From: an uncultured Sangeribacter sp.
GTDB taxonomy: Bacteria > Bacteroidota > Bacteroidia > Bacteroidales > Muribaculaceae
Reading direction: 5' to 3'
Assembly: GCA_964525735.1 (NCBI GenBank)
Contig: CAZGJH010000002.1
Coordinates: forward strand, 6,433-70,432
DNA: 64,000 bases
The notes beneath the pieces are model-generated. The model was not told the DNA's origin and made no database searches. It saw only the letters and a list, made by a program, of their open reading frames with translations. Made by a program: the position numbers and the translations under genes. This document shows positions 59,804-64,000 of this stretch, piece by piece; position 1 is the first letter of the stretch; each line of letters starts with the position of its first letter.

Positions 59804-60100
59804 TTAGAGAGCTCTGTCTACCATCTCGGCGATTTGGCCGGCAGTCTTGTGGCCGGTTTCTCTCATCAGCTCCTCGCCCTCCTTGAAGAGAATCCAGGTG
59901 GGGTATTTGAGGATGTTGTACTGATGTTTCAGGCGATGATCGTAAGAAGCATCGACACGCATGATATTTATCTTATCACCGTATTTGGCTCTGAGAACTT
60001 CGGCGATTCTTTTCACTTCTGTGGCATCGTGAAGACCGGCGTGCAGGAAAACCACCACCGACGGGATGCCTTCTTTGATTCTTGATTCGAAGGTTTTCAT
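59804..60100 (-). CDS. Thioredoxin-fold protein lacking cysteines
   Basis: Trx-like pattern VVVF..., MRVDA, YNILKYPTWILFKEGEELMRETG. Start MKTFES is assumed. Confidence 0.7.
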   Translation of the reverse strand: MKTFESRIKEGIPSVVVFLHAGLHDATEVKRIAEVLRAKYGDKINIMRVDASYDHRLKHQYNILKYPTWILFKEGEELMRETGHKTAGQIAEMVDRAL

Positions 60101-60420
60101 AATATCTTTTAAATAAGTTTCTTTATCTTCAAAAGCTCTGTTCCGTGTGGCCGCTCTCAGATTCAAATCGGAGGCGCCTTATATTTAATAAGGTGTTGCC
60201 GGAGGAACACGCTTTGTTGTAATAACGAATTAAGATTAAAAAAGGTTGAAAAATTTGAAAAAAGTTGATGAAGGAAGTGAAGCGGGTCAATAGTTTTGTG
60301 TGAAGTGCGCTCTGTTTGAAAAATTATGGCTAACTTTGCATCAGAAGTTGTTTTAACTTTTTGTTTTCTGAAAAAAAGTTGAGATGCTTCCCAGTCGAAA
60401 TCAAAAAAAGAATTTGAGAA

Positions 60421-61272
60421 ATGCAGGATTACATAGAAGTTAGGATAGATTGCAGCTCTTGTTCAGAGACGCTCACCGATCTTTTGGCGGCCTTCTTAGG
60501 CGATATCGGCTTCGAATCTTTCTCTCCGGATGCCGAGGGTCTTACGGCATATATTCAAGATCATCTTTACGACAGGGCGAAATTGGATGAGGCCATAGCC
60601 GATTTCCCTATCGAAAGCGAGATGAAAGTGATAGAGAAATTCGTGAAAGGGGAGAACTGGAACGAGGAGTGGGAGAAACACTATTTCCAGCCAATCGCGA
60701 TCGGCGAGGAGGTTGTGGTGCATTCATCGTTTCACAAGGATATCCCGCAGGCTCGCTATGATATCTTGATCGATCCGAAAATGGCTTTCGGCACAGGGCA
60801 TCATTCCACCACTTCACAGATGATACAGCTGATTCTTGAAGCTGATATGGAGGGAAAGAGAGTGATCGATATGGGCACAGGCACCGGTATCCTGGCAATT
60901 CTTTGCAAGATGCGTGGAGCAGAAACCGTAACAGGAATAGAGATTGATCCTTTCGCATGGGAAAATGCTGTAGAGAATGTGGCCTTGAATCATGTTGGAG
61001 CCGAGATGATCTGTGGCGATGCCACAGCCTTGACAGAGCTTCCAGAAGCCGACTACTTCCTTGCCAATATCAATCGCAATATCATCACCAACGATTTGGA
61101 GGCATATTCGAAGAAGGTGAAGAGTGGGGGAGAATTGTTGCTCAGCGGCTTTTATGAGAAGGATATCCCGATTGTGATGGGTGTGGCAAGCGAGTATGGA
61201 TTCGAGCTCACGGAGAAAAAGGTAGATAAGGAATGGGCCGCCATCCGACTTGTTAAAAGTGTTAACATATAA
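60421..61272 (+). CDS. prmA: Ribosomal protein L11 methyltransferase
   Basis: NWNEEWEK, IDPKMAFGTGHH, DMGTGTGILA, ANINRN and LSGF. Confidence 0.95.
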   Translation: MQDYIEVRIDCSSCSETLTDLLAAFLGDIGFESFSPDAEGLTAYIQDHLYDRAKLDEAIADFPIESEMKVIEKFVKGENWNEEWEKHYFQPIAIGEEVVVHSSFHKDIPQARYDILIDPKMAFGTGHHSTTSQMIQLILEADMEGKRVIDMGTGTGILAILCKMRGAETVTGIEIDPFAWENAVENVALNHVGAEMICGDATALTELPEADYFLANINRNIITNDLEAYSKKVKSGGELLLSGFYEKDIPIVMGVASEYGFELTEKKVDKEWAAIRLVKSVNI

Positions 61273-61316
61273 CTGAAAACTTCCTCTGATATTGTTGCAT
61301 TAAGATTATTTAACAC

Positions 61317-61357
61317 AAATATCAGGTTGTATATTTGTGTATGACCTGATATTTTTA
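61317..61357 (+). terminator. Terminator after prmA
   Basis: aaatatcaggtt...gacctgatattt followed by T residues. Confidence 0.65.
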
Positions 61358-61450
61358 TACTTTTGTATTTAGAAACGAAAACCCAATAAACCATCACCAA
61401 AAATAACCGCCTATCGCAGACATCTACTTAACGAAAAAAGAGAAGACAGA

Positions 61451-62041
61451 ATGACAAAAAAAATGAGCATAACCGACGAACAGCTGGTTAAAGCTTATGC
61501 GCAGGGCGACAATGAGGCATTTGATATCCTCTTGAAGCGCCATCAAGACCGCATCTACAACTACATTCTTCGAATCATCAAGAATGAAGATGTGGCCAAT
61601 GATATCTTTCAGGAGACGTTTGTAAAGGCGATTCTGACGATCAAACAGGGGCGTTACACAGAAAACGGTAAATTCCCTGCTTGGATATCGCGCATAGCCC
61701 ACAATCTGATCATAGATTACTACCGCCAGGAGAAGTCGGAGAATATCCAGAGTGCGGATATTGATGATGTGGATGTGCTTAACCGTAAGGAATTATGCGA
61801 GGAGACAATCGAAGATATGATCATCTCCGAGCAGATAAGAGAGGATGTGAAATATCTGATCAACGAACTGCCTGATCTTCAGAGAGAGGTGCTTCACATG
61901 AGATATTACCAGAACCTTTCATTCAAGGAGATAGCCGACATGACGGGGGTGAGCATCAATACAGCTCTTGGTCGTATGCGCTACGCGATTCTTAACCTGC
62001 GTCGTCTGGCTCAGGAGAAAGATATTGTGCTTACAAATTGA
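61451..62041 (+). CDS. ECF RNA polymerase sigma-70 factor
   Basis: DIFQETF, WISRIAHN..IDYYR and LSFKEIA..TGVSINTALGRMRYA. Confidence 0.93.
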   Translation: MTKKMSITDEQLVKAYAQGDNEAFDILLKRHQDRIYNYILRIIKNEDVANDIFQETFVKAILTIKQGRYTENGKFPAWISRIAHNLIIDYYRQEKSENIQSADIDDVDVLNRKELCEETIEDMIISEQIREDVKYLINELPDLQREVLHMRYYQNLSFKEIADMTGVSINTALGRMRYAILNLRRLAQEKDIVLTN

Positions 62042-62048
62042 AGTGGAG

Positions 62049-62088
62049 CTCTGCCTTTCCTCAGGGGAAAAGGCAGAGTAATTTTTTT
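62049..62088 (+). terminator. Terminator after the sigma factor gene
   Basis: ctctgcctttcc tcag gggaaaaggcagag followed by taattttttt. Confidence 0.75.
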
Positions 62089-62185
62089 GCGGCTTTTTCA
62101 ATGGCGATATAATAAAAAAAGTTATGCTTTCGTTTTATAGTTGAAAGCTTGGCAAAATGCCAACCCCTCAAACCCGTTATCGCCT

Positions 62186-62341
62186 ATGACAAACAACTCT
62201 ACCATAATTTCTTTGAAGCCGGAGTTGAGCACGCGAAGTCAAAAGTCGCCACGTCCCTCTTCGATTCTTCTCATTCGTCAGTTCGCCCGCGTCTACATGT
62301 CGTTTGACCATTCCGGTATGTCAGGACTTATCGCCAACTGA
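62186..62341 (+). CDS. Small hypothetical protein (about 51 aa)
   Basis: Ends P..SSILLIRQFARVY...GLIAN, resembling short ORFs recalled after this sigma gene in Bacteroidales. The start is uncertain. Confidence 0.5.
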   Translation: MTNNSTIISLKPELSTRSQKSPRPSSILLIRQFARVYMSFDHSGMSGLIAN

Positions 62342-62482
62342 TCGTCGTTATCAAAAAATTCCTCCTTTTAAGTAATCTAAAAGATATTGAAGATTGCTTA
62401 AAGATTGTTAATTTATTTTGTCATTATTGAGAAATTTCATAATTTTGCAAACTCAAATTTCGATTTGAGAATATTTACCGAA

Positions 62483-62885
62483 GGGGGTGACTGGATTTGA
62501 CAGCACGTCAAGACGGTAAGTAAGCATGCAGAGCTTTGATGTGCAAGCTCTATAATCACAACGCATCGAACTATAATTGGCGAAAAGAATACTTACGCTC
62601 TCGCTGCCTAAACTGAAGTATAGTAGGTTGGCTTTATTTGCGTCAAAGTGATGCAAACGAGACATCATCCCATTGCCCTGTTCCGAGACGTTTGGACAAG
62701 ATGGTGCAGAGAAATTCGGAAATAGGGGTTCCGGAGCCTTGACGGAATCCCGAAGTTAAAAGGATAAGGATACGGTTGGTAGTCGTGAGCCTGCCGTATC
62801 ACGAAAATCAAGTCAATGACTAAGCATGTAGAAAGCTTATTGGCTTCGTGATTGGACGAGGGTTCAATCCCCTCCACCTCCACTC
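62483..62885 (+). ncRNA. ssrA: Transfer-messenger RNA
   Basis: 5' GGGGGTGACTGGATTTGAC pairs with 3' CACCTCCA. T-arm GAGGGTTCAATCCCCTC. Tag frame 62579-62611 encodes GEKNTYALAA*. Promoter TTTG-N19-TAATTTTG at 62417-62447. Confidence 0.96.
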
Positions 62886-62903
62886 TAATTGCTTGATTAT
62901 CAA

Positions 62904-62962
62904 GTAAATAAAACTATCTGATTTTACTTCTCAGCAAGAAAAACAGGTGGTTTTATTTTTTT
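62904..62962 (+). terminator. Terminator after ssrA
   Basis: aataaaactatctg...caggtggttttatt followed by a T-run. Confidence 0.6.
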
Positions 62963-63208
62963 ATGATCTGCATTAGTGCCTGACTCGCTCCCAACCTTCT
63001 ACAGTCTCAATCTGGACTGGCCGGCGGAACTATTATTTCGACCATCGCATAAAGGCCTGAGCCGAGCTCTATAAAGTCGGAAAGGTTGATATTTTTGCTG
63101 GAATATATACTAATGATGTAGAATATGGAGATAATTTCAACCATATTTTTGGTGACTTGAAAATAACTTGCTACATTTGCAGTTGAAAATTTAGCTTAGA
63201 ACTAAACT

Positions 63209-63973
63209 ATGGATATATCATTAGGGTCAAAAATCAACCAATTATTATCGCGTGGCGTGTACGGAGGGTTGTTTTTTTCGGAATGGCTCAGTAAAATGGG
63301 ATATTCGTCCCAGTTGACAAAGAGATACAAGGACAGTGGCTGGTTGGAATCACTGGCCAATGGCGTTTTGTTCCGACGCAACGAAAAGTTGTCGGCTTTG
63401 GCTGCTATACATTCTTATTCGTTGCAAACAGGGAAGAGTGTCCGCATTGGCGCCCATTCAGCACTTGAACTTCTTGGTTTCAGTCATTATGTTCCTATGG
63501 GTAAACCTAAGTTGATGGTGTCGTTTGACCCAATGAAGCCAAAAGAATGGATTAAGAGCGATAAGTTTGATATGAGTATTGAAACATTCTCGACCGGAAT
63601 ATTCTCTAATCCCACTACACAATTGCTTAAGAAAGACAATCTGGAGCTCGTAGTATCAACACCCGAACAGGCTTTCTTGGAGTGTCTTTACCTCGTTCCT
63701 TCACACTATAACTATATGGATCTGTATTACGTGATGGAGCAACTTACGTCACTTGATCCTAATGGAGTGCAGAAAGCATTGGAGAACACTTCGAGCCAGA
63801 AAGTAAAAAGAATGTTCCTATATATGGCAGAGAAAGCCGGTCATTATTGGTTCGATCTCCTAAATAAGGATGCCTTAGGAATAACCAAATCCAAATTACA
63901 ACTTGTCGAGAATGGCACTTACGTCTCTAAATATAAAATAACGATCCCTAAAGAATTGAATGATTATGAATGA
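63209..63973 (+). CDS. abiEi: Type IV toxin-antitoxin antitoxin, AbiEi family
   Basis: KINQLL...WL...GYS..L..RY..SGWL, SALELLG..HY, STPEQAFLECL and KVKRMFLYMAE. Confidence 0.85.
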   Translation: MDISLGSKINQLLSRGVYGGLFFSEWLSKMGYSSQLTKRYKDSGWLESLANGVLFRRNEKLSALAAIHSYSLQTGKSVRIGAHSALELLGFSHYVPMGKPKLMVSFDPMKPKEWIKSDKFDMSIETFSTGIFSNPTTQLLKKDNLELVVSTPEQAFLECLYLVPSHYNYMDLYYVMEQLTSLDPNGVQKALENTSSQKVKRMFLYMAEKAGHYWFDLLNKDALGITKSKLQLVENGTYVSKYKITIPKELNDYE

Positions 63974-64000
63974 GATATATCGCAAGCAGGTCGCACTCTT
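63966..64000 (+). CDS. Probable AbiEii nucleotidyltransferase toxin (only the first 12 codons are in the window)
   Basis: The ATG overlaps the abiEi stop by 8 nt. MNEIYRKQVALL resembles the Y..QV.LL N-terminus of AbiEii toxins. Confidence 0.6.
   Translation, partial: MNEIYRKQVAL

Overview
A gene-dense stretch of chromosome from a Bacteroidales bacterium. The lineage call rests on repeated TTTG-N19-22-TAnnTTTG promoters, AT-rich initiation regions without Shine-Dalgarno motifs and a Bacteroidetes-type tmRNA tag; the gene content suggests Muribaculaceae, which is an inference. Most of the window is housekeeping: lon, dnaA, proS, miaA, dnaG, dapA, ddl, ileS-lspA, ilvD-ilvB-ilvN-ilvC, asnA, glnS, pncB, prmA, an ECF sigma factor and ssrA. 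It also holds a cobalamin-riboswitch btuB/btuG-like locus and, at the right edge, an AbiEi/AbiEii type IV toxin-antitoxin pair just after tmRNA, probably the edge of an island. I found no CRISPR array, rRNA, tRNA or intact transposase/integrase. The main hypotheses, all read by eye and untested, are: (1) a C39-like/VKOR membrane protein whose cysteines appear to face the cytoplasm, next to a signal-less CPHC thioredoxin; (2) a 17-codon uORF with TTG-CTA-CTA Leu codons ahead of the ilv operon; (3) an orphan exported lysozyme with an adjacent lipoprotein, behind a terminator-like leader; (4) a cysteine-less thioredoxin upstream of rubrerythrin; (5) a membrane protein with a possible degenerate Nudix domain overlapping miaA; and (6) several short intergenic tandem repeats and very long palindromes.
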